A stretch of 64,000 nt of DNA from an uncultured Eubacteriales bacterium (GCA_934479825.1 CAKSOW010000007.1:19892-83891); one strand, 5' to 3'; positions 19,864-30,148 are shown, numbered from the stretch's first letter. The notes: generated by a model from the letters alone, not told the origin. Program-made: numbers and translations.

Positions 19864-21827
19864 ACATGTTTGATTTTGTAAGACTTGCCATGGCTGTGCC
19901 GCATACGGCGGTCGGCGCGGTGAGAAAAAATACCGAAAGTATTTTGAATAAAATTGAAAAAGCCGATAAAACGGGCGCACAGTACGTGATTTTTCCGGAA
20001 CTTGCATTGACCGGCTATACCTGTGCCGATTTGTTTTTTGCACAACCGCTTTTAGAGGAAACGCTGGATGCGCTTGCAAAAATCGCGCGTCTTACCGAAC
20101 AGCTGGATATCACGGTCTTGGTCGGCGCGCCGATTCGTATCGACTCGGCCTTGTATAACTGTGCGGTTGTCCTTTCCGGCGGCAGAATTTGCGGTCTTGT
20201 TCCCAAAACATTTTTGCCCAACTACAATGAATTCTATGAAAAAAGGTGGTTTGCCTCAGCACGTGATCTGAACCGCGATACGGTGGATTCACTGGAACTC
20301 GGGCAAAAAACCTCTTATCCCGTCCCGGTCTCAAACCGGCTTGTCTTTGTCGGGCGCGGCGGCGAGACGTTTGGCGTCGAGGTCTGCGAAGACTTGTGGA
20401 CGCCGCTTTCCCCCGGAACGCATTTGGCTTTGTCCGGCGCGGAAATGCTCTTCAACCTTTCCGCAAGCAACGAAACTATCGGCAAGCGTGCCTATCGCCG
20501 CGACATTGTGCGCGCCGAGTCGGCAAGCGCCTTATGCGTCTATGCCTATGTGTCGGCAGGCAGCGGCGAATCGACTACCGATCTCATTTTTTCGGGTCAT
20601 TCGTTGGTCTGCGAGAACGGCTCGGTGATTTGCGAAAATGAAACGTTGATCGACGACGATTATCTTCTCTGCACCGACGTGGATTTAGGCAAAATTCGTG
20701 CCGACCGTCGCAAGATTCGCAGTTTTTCCGATTGTGCGGCGGCAGATACCGAACGTGAAACAATTCGCCGCATCAAACTGTATGCACCGGTCACGCACCG
20801 AGAGAAGCGCGACGACGAGGGCGCACTGTATCCGCTTCGTAAGCTGCCGTTCGTGCCGCAGACCAAAGCCAAGCGAACCGAACGTTGCTTAGGAATCTTT
20901 GAGATGCAGGTGGCTGGTCTTGTCGGACGCCTGTCGGTCGCTGCACAGAAAGTGGTGGTCGGCGTATCGGGCGGCTTGGATTCGACGCTTGCCTTGTTGG
21001 TGTGCGTGCAGGCTATGAAAAAACTGCACCGTCCGGTGACAAACGTTATCGGCGTAACGATGCCGTGTTTCGGAACGACTTCGCGCACCTACAACAATTC
21101 GGTAGCGCTCATGAAAGCGCTTGGCGTGACGCTGCGCGAGATCAACATTAAAGACGCTTGCCTGCAACATTTCAAAGACATCGGACACGACGAAAACGTG
21201 CGCGATATCACCTACGAAAATGTGCAGGCAAGAGAACGCACCCAGGTTTTAATGGATGTGGCGAACGGCGATAATGCGCTTGTGTGCGGCACGGGCGATC
21301 TCAGCGAATTAGCGCTTGGCTGGTGTACCTATAATGCCGACCACATGAGTATGTACGGCGTGAATGCCAGCATTCCGAAAACGCTCATCCGGTGGATGAT
21401 CGAGAGCATTGCCGAGGGAGAAGTGTTCCCGGGGTGTGCCGATATTTTAATGGATGTGGCGGATACGCCGATCAGCCCCGAACTTCTGCCGCCCGACGCG
21501 AGCGGAAAAATCGCGCAAAAAACCGAGGATACCGTAGGCCCCTACGCTCTGCATGACTTTTTCCTTTATTATGTGCTTCGCTTCGGTTTTACCCCGGAAA
21601 AGATCTATTTTTTGGCGCGCCGCGCATTTTGTGAGGATTTCGACGCGGACACGATCAAAAAGTGGTTAAAAACGTTTTATCGCCGGTTCTTTACGCAACA
21701 GTTCAAACGCAGCTGCCTGCCGGACGGCGTCAAGGTCGGAAGCGTCTGCCTGTCGCCGCGCGGCGATTGGCGTATGCCGAGTGACGCGTCTGCCGCCGAT
21801 TGGCTTACAAGAGTGGAAAATTTATAG
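19860..21827 (+). CDS. nadE: glutamine-dependent NAD+ synthetase (CN-hydrolase domain plus NAD synthetase domain)
   Basis: Nitrilase-like N-terminal half (FPELALTGYTCADLF), a C-terminal PP-loop (GVSGGLDSTLAL), and 655 aa. The start overlaps the trmB stop. Confidence 0.9.
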   Translation: MNMFDFVRLAMAVPHTAVGAVRKNTESILNKIEKADKTGAQYVIFPELALTGYTCADLFFAQPLLEETLDALAKIARLTEQLDITVLVGAPIRIDSALYNCAVVLSGGRICGLVPKTFLPNYNEFYEKRWFASARDLNRDTVDSLELGQKTSYPVPVSNRLVFVGRGGETFGVEVCEDLWTPLSPGTHLALSGAEMLFNLSASNETIGKRAYRRDIVRAESASALCVYAYVSAGSGESTTDLIFSGHSLVCENGSVICENETLIDDDYLLCTDVDLGKIRADRRKIRSFSDCAAADTERETIRRIKLYAPVTHREKRDDEGALYPLRKLPFVPQTKAKRTERCLGIFEMQVAGLVGRLSVAAQKVVVGVSGGLDSTLALLVCVQAMKKLHRPVTNVIGVTMPCFGTTSRTYNNSVALMKALGVTLREINIKDACLQHFKDIGHDENVRDITYENVQARERTQVLMDVANGDNALVCGTGDLSELALGWCTYNADHMSMYGVNASIPKTLIRWMIESIAEGEVFPGCADILMDVADTPISPELLPPDASGKIAQKTEDTVGPYALHDFFLYYVLRFGFTPEKIYFLARRAFCEDFDADTIKKWLKTFYRRFFTQQFKRSCLPDGVKVGSVCLSPRGDWRMPSDASAADWLTRVENL

Positions 21828-21841
21828 TATTTTTACGAAAA

Positions 21842-21876
21842 CAGACCGCAGATTTCTTTTGGAAATCTGCGGTCTG
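21842..21876 (+). terminator. terminator-like hairpin after nadE (no strong T-tract)
   Basis: 15-bp stem CAGACCGCAGATTTC / GAAATCTGCGGTCTG. Its 3' half is re-used as the boundary of the tandem repeat that follows. Confidence 0.55.
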
Positions 21877-22284
21877 TCTGTTGCAAAAGTCTCCGTGACA
21901 TATCGGGCGAAGCCCGATTTAAATTTAAATTTGAAAAAATCGGGGACATGCGCCACGATTTTTTCTCAGATAGATTCGCGAGTGTCAAAAAGCGGAGACT
22001 TTTTGGCATGAGGCGCGAGCGTACGAATCTGGTTCGTGTCGTAAAACGAAGTTTTGCGACACGCGCAAAGAAATCCGCGGTCTGTCTGTTGCAAAAGTCT
22101 CTGTGACATATCGGGCGAAGCCCGATTAAAATACAAATTTGAAAAAATCGGGGACATGTGCCACGATTTTTTCTCGGATAGATTCGCGAGTGTCAAAAAG
22201 CAGAGGCTTTTTGGCATGAGGCGTGAGCGTACGGATCTGGTTCGTGTCGTAAAACGAAATTTTGCGACACGCGCAAAGAAATCC
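21869..22284 (+). repeat. two tandem copies (208 bp each) of a structured intergenic repeat, family 1
   Basis: Unit 1 spans 21869-22076 and unit 2 spans 22077-22284; both start GCGGTCTGTCTGTTGCAAAAGTC. The two units are near-identical by direct comparison, differing by scattered substitutions. Further copies lie at 39659-39850 (inverted) and 59037-59232. Confidence 0.9.
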
Positions 22285-22294
22285 GCGGTTTTAC

Positions 22295-24202
22295 TTATTC
22301 GGTTAAGGCTTCTTCTTGGTATGTTACCGTCGCGCCGAGTGCCTCCGCAACAAATCGGACAGGCGCATACGTGCGGTCGTTTTCGAGAAACACCGTTGCG
22401 TCAAGCGTGCGCGGTGCGCCGTTTACATAGGCGATGTTTGTGCCGATAGTGAGCCGAACTGTCGTGCTCTCTTTGACAAAGACTGCCGTTTTTGTTTCAT
22501 CCTCCCATGAAACCTCTGCGCCAAGCGATTCCGCAAGAAAACGTACCGGCACATAGGTGCGGTCGTCTCGCAAAAACGGCGGCGTATCGAGCACCTTTTC
22601 TTCCGCATTGACAAAAGCGGTCGTATTGCCAAGCGTCAGCCGGATCTCGGTCGTGTCGGTTGCAACGGTCACAAGCTTGCGGTACACAACGGGCTTCTCA
22701 TACGAAAAACGGAGAACACCGGCTCCGCTTGGGAAAATCACACTGCAAAGACCGAGTTTGGCATTATACTGTAAATCCACGCAAGAGGCTTGGCGGAAGA
22801 TTGCTTGGCCGTTTGCGTCGAGAAGCAACCAGTTTTCACCCTGACGTGCACGCCACAAGGCGGAAACTTGAAACATTACGGAATCGGCGGCGTAAATGTC
22901 GTCATAGACAAACGGAACACAGGTGTTGCCGTCGGCGTCCAAAACGCCGCACATGGATTCGCCTTTGCAGCCGATAATATAGCCTTGTTGATAGGAATTC
23001 CGGAAATTCGTGAATTCATACGGGGTAACTTCTGTCCCATCCGGACGGATGACGGCAAGAAGCTCGCCTTTCTTTGCCTGCAAAGCTGTGTTGGATAGCC
23101 GTTCCAAATAGTCATAGTCAAAGGGAAGAAGTATATTTCCGGCGCGGTCGATCATCCCCCATTTGCCGTCCTTTTCGACGAGGATCCGGTCGTTATCGAA
23201 ATAGTTTACAGCCCCGTATTCGATCGGAACAACCGGCTTTCCGGCAAGGTCGAATGCGCCGGTTAAGCCGTGTGAAACGGCTTGAACGAGTTCGCTTTGT
23301 GAGAGAGTGTTTGTCGGGATAGCGGAGCAGAGAAGCGACAGATTGTCGTATTCGAGCGGCAGAAGCAGGTTCCCGGAAACATCGATCATGCCGTACCGTG
23401 CGCCGGACGCATCCGAATTGTAAACGACAAGGACATTTTCCGAGATGAAGAAGAGGTGCGAATAGGCGAGAGGAACAACGACATTTCCGGCGTAATCGAG
23501 AAAACCGCATACATAGCCGTTTTCACTCTCGTTTGTCGCATAGATAAGCTCTCTTTTGGGGGAACTGAAATCCTGGGAAAGAGACTCGTATTCAAACGGA
23601 ATGAGAGCTTTTCCGGAAAGATCGATAAGCCCGTATCTTCCGTCTTTCTTGGCAAACAGCGGCGAATCGTTTTTGGTTTCATACAGAGCGGAATCGGCGC
23701 GTGTATCGAATTTTGGGTTTAGGGCGTCATAATCAAACGGCAGAACCGTGTTTCCGGCATAATCGATAACGCCGAATTTACCGGACTTGTTTTCAGCAAT
23801 GAGATACTTGTCGCCAAGCGCGGTAAAACCGTAGATATATCCGAACGGAACGACTATACGGCCGTCTGTATCGCACACGCCCCATTCGCCGGCTCCTTGC
23901 ACTCTGCCGGGGGAGATGTTCTTTCCGAGAGCGAAATAGCCGTCCGCAAGCGTGCGGATATCGTCATATTCGGCAGGAACGACGATCTTTCCGTCCGAAA
24001 GGCGTACAAGACCGCGCTTATACAGGAACGACCCTCCGCCGAAGAAAACGGCAACGTCTTCCGAGGCAGGATTTAAGGAGCGATAGTCGGAATTCGGCTC
24101 AATGAGCCACTGATAAGACCAAGCCGCACTTGCCGTAAGAGCGAAACATACAAGCCAAAAACAGATACAGACGGAAATCGGGAAAAATCGGAAACGTTTC
24201 AT
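22295..24202 (-). CDS. secreted WG-repeat (KWG-type) protein with two C-terminal copper-amine-oxidase-N-terminal-like domains
   Basis: Signal peptide, then repeated G(K/R)(F/Y/W)G(L/V/M)ID..G..(L/V)(I/L)PF(D/E)YD units. The C-terminus has two repeats of the kind ...VNG/AEEKVLD..PF...DRTYVPVRFLAESLGA. Confidence 0.7.
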   Translation of the reverse strand: MKRFRFFPISVCICFWLVCFALTASAAWSYQWLIEPNSDYRSLNPASEDVAVFFGGGSFLYKRGLVRLSDGKIVVPAEYDDIRTLADGYFALGKNISPGRVQGAGEWGVCDTDGRIVVPFGYIYGFTALGDKYLIAENKSGKFGVIDYAGNTVLPFDYDALNPKFDTRADSALYETKNDSPLFAKKDGRYGLIDLSGKALIPFEYESLSQDFSSPKRELIYATNESENGYVCGFLDYAGNVVVPLAYSHLFFISENVLVVYNSDASGARYGMIDVSGNLLLPLEYDNLSLLCSAIPTNTLSQSELVQAVSHGLTGAFDLAGKPVVPIEYGAVNYFDNDRILVEKDGKWGMIDRAGNILLPFDYDYLERLSNTALQAKKGELLAVIRPDGTEVTPYEFTNFRNSYQQGYIIGCKGESMCGVLDADGNTCVPFVYDDIYAADSVMFQVSALWRARQGENWLLLDANGQAIFRQASCVDLQYNAKLGLCSVIFPSGAGVLRFSYEKPVVYRKLVTVATDTTEIRLTLGNTTAFVNAEEKVLDTPPFLRDDRTYVPVRFLAESLGAEVSWEDETKTAVFVKESTTVRLTIGTNIAYVNGAPRTLDATVFLENDRTYAPVRFVAEALGATVTYQEEALTE

Positions 24203-24263
24203 AAGAATTCCTCACTTTCAACTTTTTACCGGTTTGCGTTCAACTGTTAGACGCATTATGTAC

Positions 24264-25040
24264 TTATTTTGTTCCGCAACGTTTTGCAAGTTCTTTGGCA
24301 ATTTCTAAGTAAGCTGCCGCTCCTTTGGAATGTTTGTCGAAATAGACGGCCGGCATTCCGAAACTGGGCGCTTCCGAAAGGCGCACGTTGCGCGGTACGG
24401 GCGTTGTGAAAAGTTTCCCGGGAAAGTGTTTTTTGATTTCTTCAAGCACCTGTACCGATAAGTTCAGTCTGCCGTCGAACATGGCAATGACTACGCCGAC
24501 CAAATCCAAGCGCGGATTGTATAGCCTTTTTATCTGCGAAATGGTGAGCGTCAGCTGGCTCAACCCTTCAAGCGCGAAGTATTCGCACTGCATGGGAACG
24601 ACCACGCCGTCGGCGGCGCTTAAAGCGTTAATGGTGAGAAGTCCGAGCGAGGGGGGGCAGTCGATCAGAATATAATCGTAGTCGGCACGCAGCGTGTCGA
24701 GTGCATTTTTGAGCTTGTATTGGCGATCCTTGACATCGACAAGTTCCAATTCCGCACCGGCCAGCGATATTTCCGACGGCAGTACATCAAGGTTATCAAA
24801 AGCCGTCTTGACGATACAGCCGTAGGGATTGGCGCCCATGATCAAGTCATAGGCCGAGTTGTCCTCGGTTTTTTCGGCTCCCACGCCGCTGGTGGCATTG
24901 CCCTGAGGGTCAAAATCCACAAGCAATACTTTGTGCCCGAGTATGCCGAGAGACGCGGCTAAGTTTACGGCGGAGGTTGTTTTTCCGACGCCGCCTTTTT
25001 GGTTGGCAAAGGCGAGAACCGTGCAGGGGGTTGAAGTCAT
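24264..25040 (-). CDS. soj: ParA/Soj family ATPase (no ParB/Spo0J gene adjacent)
   Basis: Deviant Walker A NQKGGVGKTT, plus DCPPSLG and a C-terminal region typical of chromosomal Soj. Start chosen at MTSTP (ATG at 25040), 6-7 nt after GGAGA. Confidence 0.85.
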   Translation of the reverse strand: MTSTPCTVLAFANQKGGVGKTTSAVNLAASLGILGHKVLLVDFDPQGNATSGVGAEKTEDNSAYDLIMGANPYGCIVKTAFDNLDVLPSEISLAGAELELVDVKDRQYKLKNALDTLRADYDYILIDCPPSLGLLTINALSAADGVVVPMQCEYFALEGLSQLTLTISQIKRLYNPRLDLVGVVIAMFDGRLNLSVQVLEEIKKHFPGKLFTTPVPRNVRLSEAPSFGMPAVYFDKHSKGAAAYLEIAKELAKRCGTK

Positions 25041-25053
25041 AGGCATTCTCCGT

Positions 25054-27060
25054 TTAGTTTTTGTTGCAAGCTTCGTTATAATGGTTGTCAATGGCTTGCT
25101 TTAATTGTTTCAAGGCGTCGGGAAGTGTGGTGTCGTTTAATTGGACGCCGGCCGCGTCATAATGACCGCCGCCGCCGAGGGCTTCGGTGATAAGCTGAAC
25201 GTTGACCGTCCCGTCTGAGCGCGCAGAAATGTGTACATTGCCATCGATACGGCATAAAACGAACGACGCGCACACGTTTTCCACCGTGAGCAAACGGTCG
25301 GCCGCCTTGGAGGCGGCAATCTTATCCTTTAAATCAGAATCCTTTTCACTGACCGAAATGGCGATTTTGTCTTTATAGATATGGATGTTGTTTTCAAACA
25401 CTGTTTCGCGCATGAAATCGCCGACCGAAGTGTCGAAAAGCTTTGTGGCAGCATAGGGTTCAGCGCCCTCACTTCGTAAGTACAGCGCCGCGCCGAACGT
25501 TTTCACACCGGTGTTTTTGGTAAACTGTTTGGTATCGAGAATGATGCCGGCAAAGAGCAGATTGGCTTCGGGGCGGGTGAGGGTTCCGGGAGGGGTAGCC
25601 TGTTCGAGAATCTCGCACATCAGTTCCGAAACCGAGGACGCGGCCGGTTCAATGTAGGCGATTTTCGGGGGATTGATGAATTCGCCGGTCTTGCGGTGGT
25701 GGTCGATGACTACAAAGGAGCTTGCCGATTCATACAGTTCGGGAAGCTCAAAGAACGGCGGATTGTTCACGTCGCAAACAACCAACAGCGTGTCCGAACG
25801 AATCAGCTCATGCGCCATTTCGCGGTCGATGAACAATTCATCATATTCGCCTGCCTGAAAACGCATGCTTTCAAATATTTTCTTCAAGTTGAAATCGTGA
25901 ATGTTGACAACGACATTGACCGGCGTTCCGAGAAATTTTGCCATGCGCGAAACGGCTACGCATGAGGCGATCGAGTCATGGTCGGCGTATTTGTGCCCCA
26001 TGACGATGACGTTTCCGCTTTTTTTGATAAGGCCGACCAATTCATTGGCAATCACGCGTGAACGGACCTTGGTTTTCTTCTGTACCGATTTGGAGCGGCC
26101 GCCATAATATTCGACACTGCTTTCGCTTTTCACGACCGCCTGGTCGCCGCCGCGCTGTAAAGCAAGGTCAAGAGCGCTGCGCGCCGCGCTCTCTTTTTCA
26201 GCAAGCGTGCCGCTGATCTTGGATACGCCGATTGAGGCCGTAAAGGGCATGGTGATGTTGTCGATCTCAATTTCGCGGATCTTATCGAGAATATCAAAAC
26301 GACTCTCGTCAAGTTTTTCAAAATGCCGCTGTTCAAAGATGATGATAAACTTGTCCTTGTCGTATTCCTTTAAAATGCCGCCTAAGGAGGCAGTCCATGC
26401 GTCAAGCGTACTGCCGATGAGGGCAAGCGCGGTGCGCTGTTTATCCTGAATGAACTGAACGGCCTCGGAAAAGTTGTCGATTACGACGAACGCAACCATG
26501 ACTGATTTCATTTCCAACTCTTTCTTCAAAGCGGTTAATTCGGTCGTGTCCTCCCAGACGGTAATACAGTGTCCCTTTCCGACGCTCTGCGTCTTGTAAC
26601 AGCTGACATTGTAATTTACACCGCGGAAAGAAACCGGAATCGGTTCGCCCGTGTCGCGGAACAGCCGCGCTGCGCTGAGCGACGGACTGAAATGTTCCGA
26701 CAGCTTTTTGCCGTACAGCGTTGTTTTTTCGCCGGCCGCCGCCAAAAAAGCTTTGTTGTACCAGACGATCTCACCCGTCTCACCGACAATGACCACCGGC
26801 GAGGCAAACGATGTGACAAAATTGAGCGTTAAGCCGGACAACATCGGGCCGTCCTTGGTCATGCCGCTTTTTTTGATTTCGCGCCATACGAAAACCAAGT
26901 GAATGATCAAATAGATTCCCGTAAAGACAAGACCTGCCGCACCAAGCGTTTTTTCTTGGCGCGCAAAGCAGGCGAGCGTGTACAGGATGAGAAGAACAAG
27001 TCCTGCAAACAGGCTTTTATGGGAACACAGCTTCTTTATATAGTCCTTGAAAGAAACCAT
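25054..27060 (-). CDS. gdpP: cyclic-di-AMP phosphodiesterase GdpP (DHH/DHHA1 family)
   Basis: Two N-terminal TM helices, a PAS-like region, a degenerate GGDEF region, a DHH motif (GHKYADHDSIAS) and the DHHA1 motif GGGHYDAAG. Length 668 aa. Confidence 0.85.
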   Translation of the reverse strand: MVSFKDYIKKLCSHKSLFAGLVLLILYTLACFARQEKTLGAAGLVFTGIYLIIHLVFVWREIKKSGMTKDGPMLSGLTLNFVTSFASPVVIVGETGEIVWYNKAFLAAAGEKTTLYGKKLSEHFSPSLSAARLFRDTGEPIPVSFRGVNYNVSCYKTQSVGKGHCITVWEDTTELTALKKELEMKSVMVAFVVIDNFSEAVQFIQDKQRTALALIGSTLDAWTASLGGILKEYDKDKFIIIFEQRHFEKLDESRFDILDKIREIEIDNITMPFTASIGVSKISGTLAEKESAARSALDLALQRGGDQAVVKSESSVEYYGGRSKSVQKKTKVRSRVIANELVGLIKKSGNVIVMGHKYADHDSIASCVAVSRMAKFLGTPVNVVVNIHDFNLKKIFESMRFQAGEYDELFIDREMAHELIRSDTLLVVCDVNNPPFFELPELYESASSFVVIDHHRKTGEFINPPKIAYIEPAASSVSELMCEILEQATPPGTLTRPEANLLFAGIILDTKQFTKNTGVKTFGAALYLRSEGAEPYAATKLFDTSVGDFMRETVFENNIHIYKDKIAISVSEKDSDLKDKIAASKAADRLLTVENVCASFVLCRIDGNVHISARSDGTVNVQLITEALGGGGHYDAAGVQLNDTTLPDALKQLKQAIDNHYNEACNKN

Positions 27061-27088
27061 GATAAAACCTCCTTAGAGAGTGTTGCTT

Positions 27089-28213
27089 TCAGATGTCGCC
27101 GCCGCTTAACTTGTCGCGAAGATTCGCGCTTAGCTGCGAGGACGCACCGACAAAGGCAAGAAAGGTAAAAATCAGACCGCCAAGCCCGAGAAGCATGCCC
27201 AAAAGCGGAAATGCAACAGCTAAAAGAGCGATACTGCCGGCACGGCTTTTTAATTTTTTGCATAAAAAAGTATACAAAAAGCGAATGCCGATCCACGCAA
27301 ACGGATAGGTTAAGATAGCCGAAAGATTCATGAACGCGACAAATAAGGCGCTGTCGGACGCGGTGAAACTGGTAATCAAATAGATGCCGTATGAAACGTA
27401 AAACATCACAACACTGCCGCTTGACAGGGAAAAACGCCCGTTGCCGGCAAAATCAAGCTTCTTTTCGGCATGCAGGGCGTGTGCTGTGGGCTTATAGAAA
27501 AGAAGTGTCAAAGCGGCGGCAATCATGCTGAAACATACCGCGAACGACGGCAACGACAGCCGAACCGACACGACCAAGGTTGGCTCAAAATCTTTCATGG
27601 CCTGTATGGTCTCGGCACTTTGAGCAGATCTTGCCGTAAGCGTTCCTTGTGAACTCGTGTTTTCTAATATGGCCGAATAGAATTTCCCGACATAAGCGGC
27701 TAAATCGTTGACGCCCTTTTCTAAAACTTCAAGGTTGAATGCCCCATAAAGTTGAATTAAGAGAAAAACGACATGCGAGGCAAGAAAAAGCGTATATACC
27801 GCGCAAAGCACGGCAAAAGCCACGCTTTTGGTCGAACCCTGACGGAGGCAGACGTAAAGCGCAAGCCCCGTGAGCAAAGCAAAAATTAAATTTGTGAAGC
27901 TTTGTACCGTATTCAACGTAAAACCGTCGGCAAAAAAAGCGCGTGCCAAAAGACTTATCGCACATACGACCGGAGGCACCGGCGTAAAGCGGACGTCGTT
28001 GGTCGCAAGAAGGAGCGCATACAGCGCGCAAAAGGCGGTAAGAACAAAAAGCCCCGGTAGATCCAATAACGGAAAAAGCGACAGATGCGTTACATATAAG
28101 AGCGCGACACAGGCCAAAAGACAGCTGATATACGGCGGCTTTTCGCCCGCATGCGGCATGGTTCCCGGTTGGTCTTGCAAATAGGACACCCCTTTTTGAA
28201 TCATTTTGGACAA
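27089..28213 (-). CDS. yybS: YybS-like polytopic membrane protein (DUF2232)
   Basis: About 10 TM helices and a position directly upstream of gdpP, matching the B. subtilis yybS-yybT arrangement. Confidence 0.6.
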   Translation of the reverse strand: MSKMIQKGVSYLQDQPGTMPHAGEKPPYISCLLACVALLYVTHLSLFPLLDLPGLFVLTAFCALYALLLATNDVRFTPVPPVVCAISLLARAFFADGFTLNTVQSFTNLIFALLTGLALYVCLRQGSTKSVAFAVLCAVYTLFLASHVVFLLIQLYGAFNLEVLEKGVNDLAAYVGKFYSAILENTSSQGTLTARSAQSAETIQAMKDFEPTLVVSVRLSLPSFAVCFSMIAAALTLLFYKPTAHALHAEKKLDFAGNGRFSLSSGSVVMFYVSYGIYLITSFTASDSALFVAFMNLSAILTYPFAWIGIRFLYTFLCKKLKSRAGSIALLAVAFPLLGMLLGLGGLIFTFLAFVGASSQLSANLRDKLSGGDI

Positions 28214-28290
28214 AAATCTCCATTTTTATTATTATACAGTATCAGTATACCACATCAGAGACTATTTTGCAAGACTTTTGAAAAATAGGC

Positions 28291-28333
28291 AAAAAAAGCC
28301 TCCGGAAAAATCAAAAATCGGTTTTTCCGGAGG
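28291..28333 (-). terminator. rho-independent terminator of the DUF3794/LysM gene
   Basis: Stem CCTCCGGAAAAA / TTTTTCCGGAGG, with a T-tract on the minus strand (plus-strand AAAAAAAG at 28291-28298). Confidence 0.75.
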
Positions 28334-28384
28334 GAAAACATAGGCGCGGCGCAAAACAAAGTTTTACGCCGCGCTTTGTACCGG

Positions 28385-29953
28385 TCAATCCGTCGTTTGC
28401 GGTGTATCGCCGCACGGAATCACGACCGTTTTGCGGTTTGGCGGCAGTGAATCGCCCCCAAACCCGTTGGTGCGGCGCAGAGTCTCCTGCGGAATCTCGT
28501 ACTTCTTGGCGATATCCCACAGGTTCTCCTCTTTTTCAGGATAATAGATGATATATTCAGCTTTGCAGAGCGGTTTCGGCTCGTCGTAGTGAATGTCCGC
28601 GCGGTCAATGGCTGTGATTTTTTCACGGTTTAAGCAAATGCCGGTCGTTTCGGTGTCGGCTGTGAGAAGAATTTCGCCGTCGCGCAGGACTGCATTGCAG
28701 TTTTTGCACTCGGTATTCAAAAGATACCGCTTTTCCGGAGTCATGTCACGCACACTTTCCAAGGGCAGATGAATATTGAAAACAGCGGAAGTACCGACGG
28801 TTTCTGCTTTTTCGTTGGCGCCAAGAACCCATGCGAAAGCGCGGCCGGTCATGGTGAGTTTCCCGTCGGACAGTTCCGGCGTCAGGGGTTCGAGGCGGAT
28901 TCCGGCATCGGTGATTTCGGTAAAGCCCTCTCGGTCGGCACGCAAGGACTGCTCCAAGCGGCCATGTTCGCTCACGGTCTGACCGGAGCTGTCAAAGGAA
29001 TACGTGTTTTTTCCAAAATCGCATTCATAGGCCGGCGAAAAACCATCGTCGAAATAGGTGATTTCCGTCTGATCGAACAGGTCGGCAAAGACTTTATAGC
29101 CGAGAGAAACATGAATGACGCGGTTTTCGCCGTAGGCATCAAAAGAAGAACCGGCTTCCATGCCCTCAGGGCGGATTTTTCCGATTACGGTCTGACCGTG
29201 ATGCGCGTCCGGCGAGGGAATCTCTCCCTCAAACGGCAGTTCCTTGGTGAGATAGACATATTCCGCATTCTGCGCATCGGGCGCACTTTCAGCACGGTAG
29301 GTGCACTTGAACAGAACCCGGCCGTTATACCGGATATTTTCGTCTGTCGGAGCAATGTCGTCCAACGAAAAAGCAGCTGTATAATCGACAATGTCAGCAA
29401 TCGGCGCAAGCCCCCCGTCAAGGACGATGTCCTCTTTCAGTTCTTCCGGTTCACTTTGCATTTTTTTGTGTACGGTGCAGAGGGCGGTGCAGGGACGAAG
29501 TTCCGTTTCGCCTTCCTCCGGCGAAAGCAGCGAAATTTCCCCGATATCGGTCACGCTCACACATAAAGCAAGTCCTAAGGTTATGCTCACGGAACGCGGA
29601 TTTTTTGGCTTTGCGGCGGCCGAGAGAATACAGCCGCTTTCTTCGATGACCGGCGTTCCGACGGTTTCCGGCATTTTGGACGCGTCAAAGGTGTGCTCAA
29701 ATTCATTCGGAAACACCGCGCATTTGAGAAATCCCTGCTTTTCGTCGTTATATAGTAAGCGCGTGTTTGTTTTTCCCTTTACGGTGATATGTCCGTCAGA
29801 GAGCGTTGAAGAAAGTGCATAAACATCCGCATCGGTACGGATGATCTTTCCGATTCCGGGGAGATATTCGGGGAGCGCCGCTTCAAATTCCAGCGGAATT
29901 TCCGCTTTGTCGTTGAACGTGACGCTGCATAAGGGGAAAGTGTACGGTTCCAT
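28385..29953 (-). CDS. DUF3794-like protein with a C-terminal LysM domain (spore-coat SafA-like architecture)
   Basis: C-terminal LysM (YIIYYPEKEENLWDIAKKYEIPQETLRRTNGF). The N-terminal repeated beta-rich region is typical of DUF3794 proteins. The ATG at 29953 is preceded by AAGGAG; the track ORF extends to 30118. Confidence 0.65.
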   Translation of the reverse strand: MEPYTFPLCSVTFNDKAEIPLEFEAALPEYLPGIGKIIRTDADVYALSSTLSDGHITVKGKTNTRLLYNDEKQGFLKCAVFPNEFEHTFDASKMPETVGTPVIEESGCILSAAAKPKNPRSVSITLGLALCVSVTDIGEISLLSPEEGETELRPCTALCTVHKKMQSEPEELKEDIVLDGGLAPIADIVDYTAAFSLDDIAPTDENIRYNGRVLFKCTYRAESAPDAQNAEYVYLTKELPFEGEIPSPDAHHGQTVIGKIRPEGMEAGSSFDAYGENRVIHVSLGYKVFADLFDQTEITYFDDGFSPAYECDFGKNTYSFDSSGQTVSEHGRLEQSLRADREGFTEITDAGIRLEPLTPELSDGKLTMTGRAFAWVLGANEKAETVGTSAVFNIHLPLESVRDMTPEKRYLLNTECKNCNAVLRDGEILLTADTETTGICLNREKITAIDRADIHYDEPKPLCKAEYIIYYPEKEENLWDIAKKYEIPQETLRRTNGFGGDSLPPNRKTVVIPCGDTPQTTD

Positions 29954-30148
29954 AAATAAAACTCCTTTGCCTGTGTTTTCTTTAATAAAACATATGCAAA
30001 GGAGTTTAAGGGTATGACTGGGCACAGCTTTCCGGGCTATCTTTTTTTGTCGCGTAGGAATAAACGTAAAAAAGGTTTCAAAAAACGCGGCGGTTTCAAT
30101 AATACGATTTTCATACAATCTTCCTTTCGTTGCGCAAGAACATTGCCT

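Noticed and set aside
21966-22217. ORFs inside family 1 repeats that yield similar peptides (MPKSLCFLTLANLSEKKSWHMSPIFS...; ...LFDTRESIGEKIVA(H/R)VPDFF(K/R)IQFESGFA at 39698-39880 and 58944-59288)
   Set aside because: The similarity simply mirrors nucleotide conservation. Different copies are open in different frames (an A5 versus A6 run shifts the frame). Copy 1 has an in-frame TGA where other copies have GGA or GGG. Starts lie outside the repeat or are absent.
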